64,000 bases of DNA from assembly GCA_963665665.1 (NCBI GenBank), contig OY762428.1:928001-992000 (forward strand), read 5' to 3'. Each line of letters opens with the position of its first letter. The stretch's first letter is position 1. Below, in pieces: positions 10,916-21,323 of the stretch. Both the position numbers and the translations under genes were made by a program. Under the pieces are notes generated by a model. The model saw nothing but the letters and a program-made list of their open reading frames with translations, did not search any database and was not told the origin of the DNA. Source of the DNA: Candidatus Kapaibacterium sp. (GTDB lineage: Bacteria > Bacteroidota > Ignavibacteria > Kapaibacteriales > UBA2268).

Positions 10916-12219
10916 TAATTACCTCTTAAATAATCTTTAATATCATTAGTAAAATTATTAATATGTGTCCAGGGAAACACCCCTCCAGTCATCATTTCAA
11001 TATGCTTTCCTAATATATTTATTTGACCACTTGTTGAATTCATTAATTCTTTTGTTTTTACAGGATAACGATCTAATAGAAATGATACTGTTTTTGAATA
11101 AACATAATTCAATCGTGAACTTTTCCCTATTCCTACACCAAAACCGAAGCTAAAACCATACCAGTAATCTGCTTTCTCTGGAGGATCATTCCACCATTCA
11201 TATCCTTCTCTTGCAAAATAAGTTGCACCAACAGAAGCACCATATTTCTGAAATATTGCAGCAGATATTGATTGATTGGTGTTCGTTCCAGCAAATGATT
11301 CTGGAGTAATATCACTATCATCGCCTTGCCACCAAGCAGCAAAAGCAGCAGCCTGAATTGAAATATCCGCTCCAGCAATATCTTTAATTTTTAATGGCAT
11401 GTAATTTCCTCCTCCCAATTCTAAGTTCAAGTAGCGATATGGTACAAATGCATAATATCCTTTTGTAAAAATTACAAATGAAGCATCACCTATTGAAGCT
11501 TTTATTCCTGCAGCACTTACAAATGCATTTGCTTCTATTGAAATATCAATTCCAATAGCATCAGGAACATCATATTGATTTAGATTTTTGTATGAACTAT
11601 TTTCAATATCAAATGGTACTTCAAAATTCTTTTTAGCAAATGAATCATGTTCAAACATTATTGAATTACCATTATTGCCAGTTATCGAAATAGTATCCAG
11701 ACCGCTTGGATCTGCAAACCAAATAGGATTACCACTAAAAGAAGAGTATGGGCTTTCCCATTCCTTAACTACCATATCCTGTCGCCACCACTTTACAGTT
11801 CTTGTGTCTAACATCCGAAACTCAGTGTTCAGGCTATTCCCTGCCCCTTTTATCTCATCATCTTTCTCCATGCCGTTAAAGCCCCAGCGGTTGCTGCCGC
11901 CAAAGAAGAACCTGCCTTCCTCCATAAAGCCGAAGGGATAGAAGCTGGCAGCCGTAATGGTATTGGTAAGGAAGCCGCCGCCGCTCGGCTCTTTTATATC
12001 CGAAACAGTGGCGCGCACATTACCAAGGTGGTCAGTCAGGTGGTACTGCTTTTCGCCTACTATGCGGTAAAACTGGCTGCCCCGGTCATACTCCAGTGGA
12101 TCGTACACCAGTTCTTCTTTCGGCTGGCGAATAGCAAACTTACCATGCGCCGCCGAGCCGTATATATCCCACTCGGAGAGGATGGTGTTGGTTTTCAAAG
12201 AACGTATATATAAATTCAC
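10915..12219 (-). CDS. Orphan RHS cassette C7: intact core arm plus unassigned C-terminal toxin
   Basis: Full core ...YHLTDHLGNVRATVSD...NPIWFADPSGL (DPxG motif), then a variable tip. Start uncertain (in-frame TTG within the motif at 12198). Confidence 0.85.
   Translation of the reverse strand: MNLYIRSLKTNTILSEWDIYGSAAHGKFAIRQPKEELVYDPLEYDRGSQFYRIVGEKQYHLTDHLGNVRATVSDIKEPSGGGFLTNTITAASFYPFGFMEEGRFFFGGSNRWGFNGMEKDDEIKGAGNSLNTEFRMLDTRTVKWWRQDMVVKEWESPYSSFSGNPIWFADPSGLDTISITGNNGNSIMFEHDSFAKKNFEVPFDIENSSYKNLNQYDVPDAIGIDISIEANAFVSAAGIKASIGDASFVIFTKGYYAFVPYRYLNLELGGGNYMPLKIKDIAGADISIQAAAFAAWWQGDDSDITPESFAGTNTNQSISAAIFQKYGASVGATYFAREGYEWWNDPPEKADYWYGFSFGFGVGIGKSSRLNYVYSKTVSFLLDRYPVKTKELMNSTSGQINILGKHIEMMTGGVFPWTHINNFTNDIKDYLRGN
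12191..12203 (-). promoter_or_regulatory. Cassette-start motif GTTCTTTGAAAAC (boxA-like), C7
   Basis: Exact 13-mer, 12 nt after the upstream immunity stop codon. Confidence 0.65.
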
Positions 12220-12986
12220 TGTTTAAATGTTAGGGGAACAACTTTTTTTTCTTCCCTTGAATACAAAGCATCAAAAATATTTTTCATATCAACAGTATCT
12301 CTTTGGCCATTCTTCTCAATTATTTTTTCAAATAAGTAACTACCTCCTATAGTTTCCCAATCTCTATCTCTGAAATAAAATATACCATATTTATTGTTAA
12401 AATAATATTCGGGTACAAAAGGTATTGATCCTTGATTTTTTATACCGTACTCATTTTTGAATATTTTAAATTGAAGATTTGATGAAATTGAAATTTTCTG
12501 GAATTTTTCTAATTGATCATTAATCATTAGAGTATCAATCACCGCAAAAGTACTAAATTGGATATTACCATCTTTATCTAAAAGTCTAATATGATTATAT
12601 AAAGAATCAGTATTTGGATAAAAGTACAAAAGTGAATCATTTGTATTAAATATCTTAAATATATTCCTATCACTTAATTTACCGTGTAATTCATATTGTA
12701 GCTTGTCTTTTTTTATATAAACTGTATCCCGATAATAAATAAGTCCATCAGGCGTATATTTATAACAATTGTTATAATAATCGTAGTGCTTTATTGTATC
12801 AAAATAAAAGTCATTTGAAATTGAATCATATTTCTTGATCAAAGGAATTTCTGACGAACCATAAAAAAAAACTTTTTTTCTTAACAACCAACTTCGATAT
12901 ACTATTTCATCATATTCGTTATCTTCAGAACAGGAAGAAAATAATAAAATGTTAACAAAAAGCAAGATTATCGATTTTTTCACCAT
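12216..12986 (-). CDS. Putative immunity lipoprotein for C6
   Basis: Lipobox-like LLFSS-C. Overlaps the toxin stop. AT-rich. Confidence 0.78.
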   Translation of the reverse strand: MVKKSIILLFVNILLFSSCSEDNEYDEIVYRSWLLRKKVFFYGSSEIPLIKKYDSISNDFYFDTIKHYDYYNNCYKYTPDGLIYYRDTVYIKKDKLQYELHGKLSDRNIFKIFNTNDSLLYFYPNTDSLYNHIRLLDKDGNIQFSTFAVIDTLMINDQLEKFQKISISSNLQFKIFKNEYGIKNQGSIPFVPEYYFNNKYGIFYFRDRDWETIGGSYLFEKIIEKNGQRDTVDMKNIFDALYSREEKKVVPLTFKQ

Positions 12987-13949
12987 TTCTTTTTATAACC
13001 TCCTGATTCAAATTTTTTCTTTTTCTCATTTAAATGATCTCTAACAGTATCATCTGGATCTGGTTTATCTTTTATTCTATTTAAATTAATAAATTTTTTG
13101 ATTTCAGCTTTTAACTTTGCAGCTTTTAATATACTAATTATATGTTTGTCATATGTCGTTCCTTTTCTCCAATTCTCAGAATGTAACTTAATATATGCAA
13201 AGTAGTTAAAACACTCAATTTTATTAAAATCATTAAGTTTCTTATTATTTAACATTTCCCAGCCCAATTCCCTAAATTCAAGCCAAAAATATCTCCATTG
13301 ATCACCATGCAAATTTACTTCATGACTCCAAGTATTCACAATTTTTAATAATTGATAATCAGGATAATTATCATATGCAGACCATGCCCACAAATCCTTC
13401 TCAACGCGAAAATTGATTAAAAAGCGCCCATCTTTTTTTAGTTCACCAATGGCTTCACCAGCTCCATCATATTTGGTGTCTTGAATACTAAAATTAGCAT
13501 CCATACCATGATTATGATTCGTACCGTTTTCTTCAGCACTAATTGAAAAATCAATTATTTTTCCTTCCATTTTAAATCCTTCATGAGCATAAGATAATAT
13601 TGTCTTTCTGCCTTGTGGAGTTGATGCCCACAACTCAAATGCTTTCACTTGGATTTTATTCTTCAATTCACCTGTTTTTTCATCATAGTTATAAATTCCA
13701 TCAACATTAGCGCTATCACCCCTCGGATCGCTATAGAAAACAGGATTGTTGTCATATCCGGCATAACGGCTGATTGACGGATTTGGTTTGGGATCCAGGC
13801 TCCACCACCGGCCGCCAATTCTCGGATCATTCAGGCGGAATTCAGTAGTCAGGCTGTTCCCTGCGCCTTTCATCTCATCATCCTTTTCCATGCCGTTAAA
13901 GCCCCACCTGTTGCTGCCGCCAAAGAAGAAGCGGCCTTCCTCCATAAAA

Positions 13950-14054
13950 CCATTGTCTGAACTATGATTTTTGGGATGGGCAGGATGATTTGGATAATAA
14001 ATTGGAACATCCTATAATCCTTCTTTATCCTATACATCCCAGTGCAGAAAATGG
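13950..14054. mobile_element. 105-bp imperfect-palindrome element replacing part of the RHS arm (copy 2)
   Basis: Same length, ends and site as 10076-10180. Differences are confined to the central part. Confidence 0.75.
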
Positions 14055-14244
14055 AAACTGTGGCGCGCACATTACCGAGGTGGTCGGTCAGGTGGTATTG
14101 TTTTTCGCCTACTATACGGTAAAAAGCGCTGCCTCGTGGTATTTCACTCGGCGAGTACACAAGTTCTTCCTTCGGCTGGCGAATAGCAAACTTACCATGC
14201 GCCGCCGAGCCGTATATATCCCACTCGGAGAGGATTTTGTGTTG

Positions 14245-14256
14245 GTTTTCAAAAAC
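14245..14256 (-). promoter_or_regulatory. Cassette-start motif variant GTTTTTGAAAAC, C6
   Basis: One-base deletion of the 13-mer at the same position relative to the arm. Confidence 0.5.
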
Positions 14257-14347
14257 TTTAATACAAAAACACTATGGTAGTAATTAATGACTACAAATAA
14301 TATTATGGCAGAATATCAACGAATATTATCATCTATGATTTCGTTTT

Positions 14348-14710
14348 TTATGAAACTATCTCGCCAAGAATAAAAAGTAATATTATAATCATTAAAAATG
14401 CCATTAGTCTCAAATATAACATACTTTTACTCTGATATTTAAAATCAAATTCTTCTGCAATTTTTTTATGCTTTTCTTTCCATACATACATAAAAAAGTT
14501 TTTAAAAAACAGCAATATATAAGTAACAGTAATTACTATACTTTCAATATCCCATACAATATCAAATATACAGAAAATTAAATAAAACAAATTTATTAAA
14601 AAAACTAATTCAAAAAATGATATTAAAATAATTGTATAAAATTCGATATAAGTTTCTTCGCGACGAAATTTTCTATTGAGATAATAGATTATATAAAATA
14701 TTTCTTTCAT
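14348..14710 (-). CDS. Putative membrane immunity protein for C5 (paralogue of 17809-18171)
   Basis: 120 aa with about three hydrophobic helices. Near-identical to the C3 immunity protein. Confidence 0.8.
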   Translation of the reverse strand: MKEIFYIIYYLNRKFRREETYIEFYTIILISFFELVFLINLFYLIFCIFDIVWDIESIVITVTYILLFFKNFFMYVWKEKHKKIAEEFDFKYQSKSMLYLRLMAFLMIIILLFILGEIVS

Positions 14711-15766
14711 AGTGTATGTCCTTATTTAAAAATTGCGGTTTGTTTTTGATATTGGCCGAACCATATTTCCTAATTTTGATCCATCATACTGACTAAAATC
14801 ATAATCCTGATCAAAAATTCGTTCCCATTTTCGAATTGCATCTCCCATTCGTCGAGGAAGATGAACAACTTTACGAATTAATGCCCAATTACCATTTGGA
14901 TAATGTTCATCAGCTCTATACCAATAACGTGCATCGCGAGTATTGCTTAAAGCAAATTTTCCAATAGATAGTGTCAGTCCAGCTGGTGGTGAAATATATG
15001 CAACACCGCTAAACAAACCATCTAATGCAAGATCAGTTCCTGAAATATTATTTTCCCGATATTCATCTAAACTAAGTGCTGTTGAAAGTATAACCAATGA
15101 TGTTCCAATTGTTTTACCAGCTTTGGCAATATTGAATGATGATGATGAACCTAACATTGCAGATCCAATACTTCCAATTAATAAGCCAGCTTGTGCTGCT
15201 TTATTAAATTGATCTTGATCAGTAATTTCAATTAAAATATTTTCTCCATGACCAACAATAACTAAACCCCACTCATCCATCACAGCAGTCCAATACTTAT
15301 CTTCTGGGAATATATCAGCAACTTTTGGTAGACCGTATTTTCCAACAGCCTCTTCAACTCCTGATTGATCAAATCCTGTTATTTTATCAGCCTCAACCGC
15401 AACATCTTCTAATTTTGCATCATTCACCCAATTTCCATCTTGAAAAGTCCAATTAAATCCTTTATAATTACTTCTTGTATCTCCTTCATGTGGTGTTACA
15501 TCTTCTCCTGCGTTATATTTTGAAGTCAGATCTTCGAGTCCAGACGGATCAATAAACAAGATTGGATTATTCCCATATCCACTATAAGGACTCGTCCAGG
15601 GCTTCACAATAGGATCTCTTGACCACCACCTGCCGCCAATTCTCGGGTCATTCATGCGAAATTCCGTGGTCAGGCTGTTCCCTGCCCCTTTTATCTTATC
15701 ATCCTTCTCCATGCCATTAAAGCCCCACCTGTTACCACTACCAAAGAACCTGCCTTCCTCCATGAA

Positions 15767-15820
15767 CCTCCCGATTGTTTTATGGAATTGGAATGCGGTC
15801 GGGATTTCGCTTCGCTCAAC
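15767..15820. mobile_element. 54-bp REP-like in-frame insertion in the C5 arm
   Basis: Absent from the paralogous C3 arm (YPFG-FMEE versus YPF-VERSEIPTAFQFHKTIGR-FMEE). Contains a TCCCGATTG/CGGTCGGGA stem and TTCGCTTCGCTCAAC. Confidence 0.75.
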
Positions 15821-15841
15821 AAAGGGATAGAAGCTGGCGGC

Positions 15842-15943
15842 GGCTTCGCCGCAATTAACAATTGACAATGAACAATTGAAAATGAAGAGAAAAGAACAGC
15901 CGACCCAATTGTTAATTCTCAATTTTCAATTTTTAATTGGATA
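15842..15943. mobile_element. 102-bp heptamer-periodic inverted-repeat element replacing 168 bp of the RHS arm (copy 1)
   Basis: CGGCTTCGCCG mini-hairpin, then CAATTAACAATTGACAATGAACAATTGAAAAT ... AATTCTCAATTTTCAATTTTTAATTG. Second copy at 19292-19393. Confidence 0.75.
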
Positions 15944-16010
15944 CGGCTGGCGAATAGCAAACTTGCCATGCGCCGCCGAGCCATATATATCCCATTCGGA
16001 AAGGATGTGT

Positions 16011-16023
16011 GTTTTCAAAGAAC
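16011..16023 (-). promoter_or_regulatory. Cassette-start motif GTTCTTTGAAAAC (boxA-like), C5
   Basis: Exact 13-mer, 15 nt after the upstream immunity stop codon. Confidence 0.65.
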
Positions 16024-16038
16024 GGAATTATTTTGATA

Positions 16039-16464
16039 TTAATTTTCAATATAGGTTAATTCAAGATTGTTAATTTTTAACGAATAGTCTAGATTAATCT
16101 TTTGATATAAATCAACACATAAGGATAACTGGTCATTTACTTTAAAAATATACTTAAAAATTTCATCATGAATGATATAAACTTCAGAATAAAAACCATA
16201 TTTATCAAATAAATCTTGAAAAATAATCTCAAAAGATCCACCGATACTTAATGATTTTATTTTATTATTTTCAGTATGTAAAAAAATATTATTAAAAATT
16301 TTATTTTTAGGTTTAATAAAATATGTACCAATTCCATTAATACTATCAATATCACCTAATTGCCTGATTGTTTTCTCTATGTTTTTTGTCTCAACAAGAA
16401 ACAAAAAATAATCAATAAATTTTTGTAATTCTATAATATCAAGTTTAAATAATGTATTTATCAT
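16039..16464 (-). CDS. Putative cytoplasmic immunity protein for C4
   Basis: Starts 2 nt after the toxin stop. AT-rich, no signal peptide. Confidence 0.75.
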   Translation of the reverse strand: MINTLFKLDIIELQKFIDYFLFLVETKNIEKTIRQLGDIDSINGIGTYFIKPKNKIFNNIFLHTENNKIKSLSIGGSFEIIFQDLFDKYGFYSEVYIIHDEIFKYIFKVNDQLSLCVDLYQKINLDYSLKINNLELTYIEN

Positions 16465-16466
16465 AT

Positions 16467-17711
16467 TTAATCCACAATTTCGTATTTGACATTAGGTGAA
16501 AATAATTGAGTTTCACCACCCTTATAAATTTCTCCACTTCCATCTAAAGCTTTAAAATCATTTGCTGTACTTTGCAAGAATTCTGTGTTCTCTAATAGTT
16601 TAATTTTCACTTTTTTTCTATTTTTTAAAGAAATTCCAAGCTTGTTTTTATCTGCTCCCAATTTTGTGAAATAATTTCCAATTTTAACTTCTCCAGTATT
16701 TTTATCTACATAGGCCCATTGCTCAAGTATTGTCCCTTTTTCATAAGGTTTAGTAAATACTGGCTTATCAAAATCTATTCCCATTAAATGACTTGCTCTA
16801 TGATTATCATCCGTAAACCCATTAATTCTATAAAAATTATCAGCCAATGAATATCTCTTGAGGTTTGTTGTTGATTTGATTATTGACTTAAATACTTTCA
16901 TACTATTGTAAATGCAATAAGCAGAAGTTGCAAGATCTGCGGCTCCTCCCCAGAATCTTAAGTGTCCCTCAAAATCAGCATCCACAACATCATAGTGATT
17001 AGTTTCATATATGCCATTGTTTATTGACCAACCGTATGATTTCCCATCGCCTCCAGATGCTCCAGATACACCAATATCACCGAACAATTCATCAGCATTC
17101 GTTAAAAAGTAAACAATTCCATCAACAGTAGCTTCAAAAGTTGCCTTAAGATATGCTACTTCGGCTCTCTTGATATCATCACTTCTGTTTATCGGAAGGA
17201 ATTCCAATCCCTCCAATTCTACACCATCAATGACTCGATTTTCAGAAAACGCGTAGGATGAGTTATGTGGATATTTTGCCGCAATTGGGTCTATGGCGAA
17301 AAATCTTCCGGAACGTGGATCATACATCCTGTATTTATAGTTTATGATGTTTGCAAGGCCACGAATTTCGTCGTCCCGTTCCTGCCCCTGCATGCCCCAG
17401 CGGTTCTTGCCACCGAAGAAGAAGCGCCCTTCCTCCATGAAGCCGAAGGGATAGAAGCTGGCGGCCGTAATGGTATTGGTAAGGAAGCCGCCGCCGCTTG
17501 GCTCTTTTATATCCGAAACGGTGGCGCGCACATTACCGAGGTGGTCAGTCAGGTGGTATTGTTTTTCGCCTACTATCCGGTAAAATGCACTGCCCCTGTC
17601 ATACTCCAGTGGATCGTAAACAAGTTCTTCTTTCGGCTGGCGAATAGCAAACTTACCCTGCGCCGCAGAGCCGTAAATATCCCACTCGGAAAGGATGAGT
17701 GAGGTTTTCAA
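16467..17711 (-). CDS. Orphan RHS cassette C4: intact arm plus Ntox46-like C-terminal toxin
   Basis: Core ...YKYRMYDPRSGRFFAIDP...SENRVIDGVELEGL. Tip HLMGIDFDKPV...GNYFT...LGI...QSTA...GGETQLF resembles the Ntox46 pattern (recognised by eye, no HMM run). Confidence 0.82.
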   Translation of the reverse strand: MKTSLILSEWDIYGSAAQGKFAIRQPKEELVYDPLEYDRGSAFYRIVGEKQYHLTDHLGNVRATVSDIKEPSGGGFLTNTITAASFYPFGFMEEGRFFFGGKNRWGMQGQERDDEIRGLANIINYKYRMYDPRSGRFFAIDPIAAKYPHNSSYAFSENRVIDGVELEGLEFLPINRSDDIKRAEVAYLKATFEATVDGIVYFLTNADELFGDIGVSGASGGDGKSYGWSINNGIYETNHYDVVDADFEGHLRFWGGAADLATSAYCIYNSMKVFKSIIKSTTNLKRYSLADNFYRINGFTDDNHRASHLMGIDFDKPVFTKPYEKGTILEQWAYVDKNTGEVKIGNYFTKLGADKNKLGISLKNRKKVKIKLLENTEFLQSTANDFKALDGSGEIYKGGETQLFSPNVKYEIVD

Positions 17712-17716
17712 AGAAC
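17704..17716 (-). promoter_or_regulatory. Cassette-start motif GTTCTTTGAAAAC (boxA-like), C4
   Basis: Exact 13-mer, 92 nt after the upstream immunity stop codon. Confidence 0.65.
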
Positions 17717-17808
17717 TTTAATTCAAAAACACAATGGTAGAAATTATTGACAAAAAATAATATTATGGCAAAATATCAACGAATATTATTATCTATGATT
17801 TCGTTATG

Positions 17809-18171
17809 TTATGAAACTATCTCGCCAAGAATAAAAAGTAATATTATAATTATTAAAAATGCCATTAGTCTCAAATATAACATACTCTTACTCTGATATT
17901 TAAAATCAAATTCTTCAGCAATTATTTTATACTTTTCTTTTCTAACATACAGAAAAAAATTTTTAAGATACAACATTAACCAAATTATTGCAACCACAAT
18001 ATTTTCAATATCCCATACAATATCAAATATACAGAAAATTAAATAAAACAAATTTACCAAAAAAAATATTTCGAATAGAGATAGTAAAATAATCGTGTAA
18101 AATTCAACATACGTTTCATCTCTTCGAAATTTTCTATTAAGATAATATATTATATAGAATATTTCTTTCAT
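17809..18171 (-). CDS. Putative membrane immunity protein for C3
   Basis: 120 aa hydrophobic protein, paralogue of 14348-14710. Confidence 0.8.
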   Translation of the reverse strand: MKEIFYIIYYLNRKFRRDETYVEFYTIILLSLFEIFFLVNLFYLIFCIFDIVWDIENIVVAIIWLMLYLKNFFLYVRKEKYKIIAEEFDFKYQSKSMLYLRLMAFLIIIILLFILGEIVS

Positions 18172-19291
18172 AATTCTTTCTCCAATTTAATTCAATACAG
18201 TATAAGTAATATTTTAAAATATTGAAAAATTACCAGTTTCGCTTTACTCTATGAGTACGAACCATATTTCCAAGTTCAGATCCTTCATACTGACTTAAAT
18301 CATATTCTTGGTCAAATATCCTTTCCCATTTCCTTATTGCGTTTCCCATTCTTGTTGGAAGAAAAGCATATTTGCGTATCAATGCCCAGTTACCATTTGG
18401 ATAGTGTATATCTGCCCGATACCAATAACGTGAATATATTGAATGACTAAGAGCAAATTTCCCAATTGCTAAGGTTATACCTGCAACTGGACAAAAATAT
18501 GCTACACCTGTGATTCCCAAATCAATTGCAAAATCAGTTTTTGATATATTATTGTTTCTTAGTTCATTTAAACTAATTGCTGTTGACAATATTGCTAATG
18601 AATTTCCCAGAAATTTACTAGCTGTTAAAATATTAGCTTTACTAGAGCTACTTAGTACATTAGACAGAACACCTCCAAGTACTAAACCACCCCCCAAAGC
18701 TGTTTTATATTTATCCTCATCAGTAATTGAAAGTAATATATTATCACCATGACCAACAACAACTAATCCCCACTCATCCATCACAGCAGTCCAATACTTA
18801 TCCTTAGGGAATATATCAGCAACTTTAGATAGACCGTATTTTCCAACAGCTTCTTCAACCCCTGATTGATCAAATCCTGGTTTTTTATCAGTTTCAACCA
18901 CAACATTTTCTGATTTTACATCATTTACCCAATTTCCATCTTGAAAGGTCCAATTATACCCCTTATGATTTTGTCTTGTATCACCTTCATGTGGTGTTAC
19001 ATCTTCTCCTGCATTATATTTCGAAGTCAGATCTTCGAGTCCGGACGGATCAATAAACAAGATTGGATTATTACCATATCCACTATAAGGACTCGTCCAG
19101 GGTTTCACAATTGGATCTCTTGACCACCACCTGCCGCCGATTCTCGGGTCATTCATGCGGAATTCGGTTGTCAGGCTGTTCCCTGCCCCTTTTATCTCGT
19201 CATCCTTTTCCATGCCGTTGAAGCCCCACCTGTTACCACTACCAAAGAACCTGCCTTCCTCCATGAAACCGAAGGGATAGAAGCTGGCGGC

Positions 19292-19393
19292 GGCTTCGCC
19301 GCAATTAACAATTGACAATGAACAATTGAAAATGAAGAGAAAAGAACAGCCGACCCAATTGTTAATTCTCAATTTTCAATTTTTAATTGGCTA
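19292..19393. mobile_element. 102-bp heptamer-periodic inverted-repeat element (copy 2)
   Basis: Identical to 15842-15943 except one base, with the same junctions. Confidence 0.75.
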
Positions 19394-19463
19394 CGGCTGG
19401 CGAATAGCAAACTTCCCATGCGCCGCCGAGCCGTATATATCCCATTCGGAAAGGATGGTGTTG

Positions 19464-19475
19464 GTTTCAAAGAAC
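19464..19475 (-). promoter_or_regulatory. Cassette-start motif variant GTTCTTTGAAAC, C3
   Basis: One A shorter than the 13-mer, 21 nt after the upstream immunity stop codon. Confidence 0.6.
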
Positions 19476-19496
19476 GAAAGAAATATATATTTTAAA

Positions 19497-20177
19497 TCAT
19501 TTATTATTTAAAATTTGATCCAATACATCTTTAGGAAATTTGAAGTCGATATCTTCATTTGAATGAAAGAAACTAGTATCCTTTTTTACCATTTGAATTA
19601 AATTCAATATCTCAGATTCTTTATATGAAGCTCCTTCGATTTTTTTTATTTCATACATGAATCTCATTTTTGTTCCGACATAACAAATGAATCCGATATT
19701 ATCAACATAATAGGCTTCACATGAATGCATAGAATCTGATTTATCAAATAAGAATTTCGATACTTCAATTTCATCGTTAGAATTAATATTGAACAACTTT
19801 GTTTCTAAAAAGATTGATGTTTCTGGTATTACAGGCTTTAGCGAATAAACTATTTTATTCTTCCATTTTATGTACCGAAAATTAAATTCTGTAAAAGTTA
19901 AGGTATCTTTTCTAAAAAGTGATAATGATGTTATTTTATTTGTCGAATCAAACATATTATCATCAATCTTCAATTGATAGTAATGCTTGTATTCAGTCCA
20001 ATTATGGAATGTACATCTATTATAAAACACCCCCGAATTATTTTTATTAACTTCAATAATGAAAGACAAATATCCAGAATATGAATCCTTATATTCGATC
20101 TTAAAAGTTTTAGTATTGTCCTTATCATTACAACATGAAAATAATATTATCATCAATAAAATAAAATAATTTTTCAT
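19497..20177 (-). CDS. Putative immunity lipoprotein for C2
   Basis: MKNYFILLMIILFS-CC lipoprotein-like signal, immediately downstream of the toxin tip. Confidence 0.78.
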   Translation of the reverse strand: MKNYFILLMIILFSCCNDKDNTKTFKIEYKDSYSGYLSFIIEVNKNNSGVFYNRCTFHNWTEYKHYYQLKIDDNMFDSTNKITSLSLFRKDTLTFTEFNFRYIKWKNKIVYSLKPVIPETSIFLETKLFNINSNDEIEVSKFLFDKSDSMHSCEAYYVDNIGFICYVGTKMRFMYEIKKIEGASYKESEILNLIQMVKKDTSFFHSNEDIDFKFPKDVLDQILNNK

Positions 20178-21286
20178 AACTTCCTTTAATATTAATTATT
20201 TATTTTACTTAAAACCTTATTATTACTTTTTTTTAAATCATTTATATTCTTTACTGATAGATATTGAGTCCAGCAATGATTTAATACACCTAAATTCCAA
20301 ATATCTTCCGAAGTTAGACCAAGATTATAATTATTTGAAAAATTTCGTAACATGGGAAAAGCTTCTTCCTTAAGTCTTTGGATATGGAAAAATAACTCGA
20401 TATTTGTGCTCTTATAAAGTCCAAACAGCTGTGAATATAACCCGAGGAGAGCATCTTGTTGATTTGCTCTTTCCTGTTTATGATACCAGTCAAACCCATA
20501 TTTAATTATTGCTTCTGTAACAAAAAGTTGATGTACATAATTTTCGTGAACAATTGTCCCTAACCTATCCAATAATAATAGATTATAAGTATAATCATTT
20601 GGTGATTCTCTGAAAGCTTTATGTAATGGTTCAACAGTATGAAGTGATTTATTAAATAATACTTCCACTTGATACCGTCCTCCTACTATTGGTACGGTTT
20701 TAGTTCCTTCATAATCAAAAAGGTTTAATTGTGATGCTTCATCACCCATATATTTAGTAGTATAAACGGCATCAATTTTTGCCTTATGGAAATCCCCATC
20801 TTTATCAAATTTAACCTCTTTTCCACCAACTTTTAATATTTGATCTTTTTTTGCAAATTGAGCTAAATATGCTTTGCCTTCAGGTGAAACCATCCATTCT
20901 CCAAAAATTTTATCTGTTGATTTTTCTGGATCATCAAATCCATTTAGTATAATTTCCCTTCCATCAGGATCGGAAAACATTATCGGGTTGTCGCCGAAAG
21001 CTAAATATGAGGAAAATCCGGGATATTTCCCAATTAAAGGGTCAATATTTTGCCTCATGGCCTTGCGCGGGTCGTAGCCATAATCCCCAAAACTAAGGCG
21101 GTTGCCAATTCCACGCACTTCATCGTCCTTCTCGTGCCCACCAAAGCCCCAGCGGTTGCTGCTGCCAAAGAACCTGCCTTCCTCCATAAAGCCGAAGGGA
21201 TAGAAGCTGGCGGCCGTTATGGTGTTGGTGGTGAAGCCGCCGCCACTCGGCTCCTTTATATCCGAAACAGTGGCGCGCACATTGCC

Positions 21287-21306
21287 CCCGACAAGTCGGG
21301 GCAGGC
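21287..21306. mobile_element. 20-bp mini-hairpin insertion (CCTGCCCCGACTTGTCGGGG on the minus strand)
   Basis: Clean insertion between the DHL and GNV codons relative to the other arms. A related 21-mer is at 29584-29604. Confidence 0.7.
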
Positions 21307-21323
21307 AAGGTGGTCTGACGAGA

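Larger units (their letters stand above)
12980..14256 (-). pseudogene. Orphan RHS cassette C6: arm broken by a hairpin element, tip ORF 12980-13945 with HExxxH (HEVNLH), putative metallopeptidase-like toxin
   Basis: Arm frameshifted at 13950-14054. Downstream ORF reads MEEGRFFFGG...NNPVFYSDPRGD plus tip. Confidence 0.8.
14726..16023 (-). pseudogene. Orphan RHS cassette C5: arm carries two palindromic elements, Gly/Ala-rich hydrophobic tip (possibly membrane-acting)
   Basis: In-frame TGA inside element 15842-15943. Downstream ORF 14726-15922 has NNPILFIDPSGL and a tip paralogous to C3. Confidence 0.8.
18230..19475 (-). pseudogene. Orphan RHS cassette C3: arm partly replaced by the heptamer element, hydrophobic tip paralogous to C5
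   Basis: Stops TAG and TGA inside the element. Downstream ORF 18230-19372 has the DPSGL motif and tip. Confidence 0.8.

Noticed and set aside
14257-19475. Diversity-generating retroelement TR/VR pair (also considered for 37565-41859)
   Set aside because: By eye the differences are not adenine-specific and include indels. No reverse transcriptase is present.
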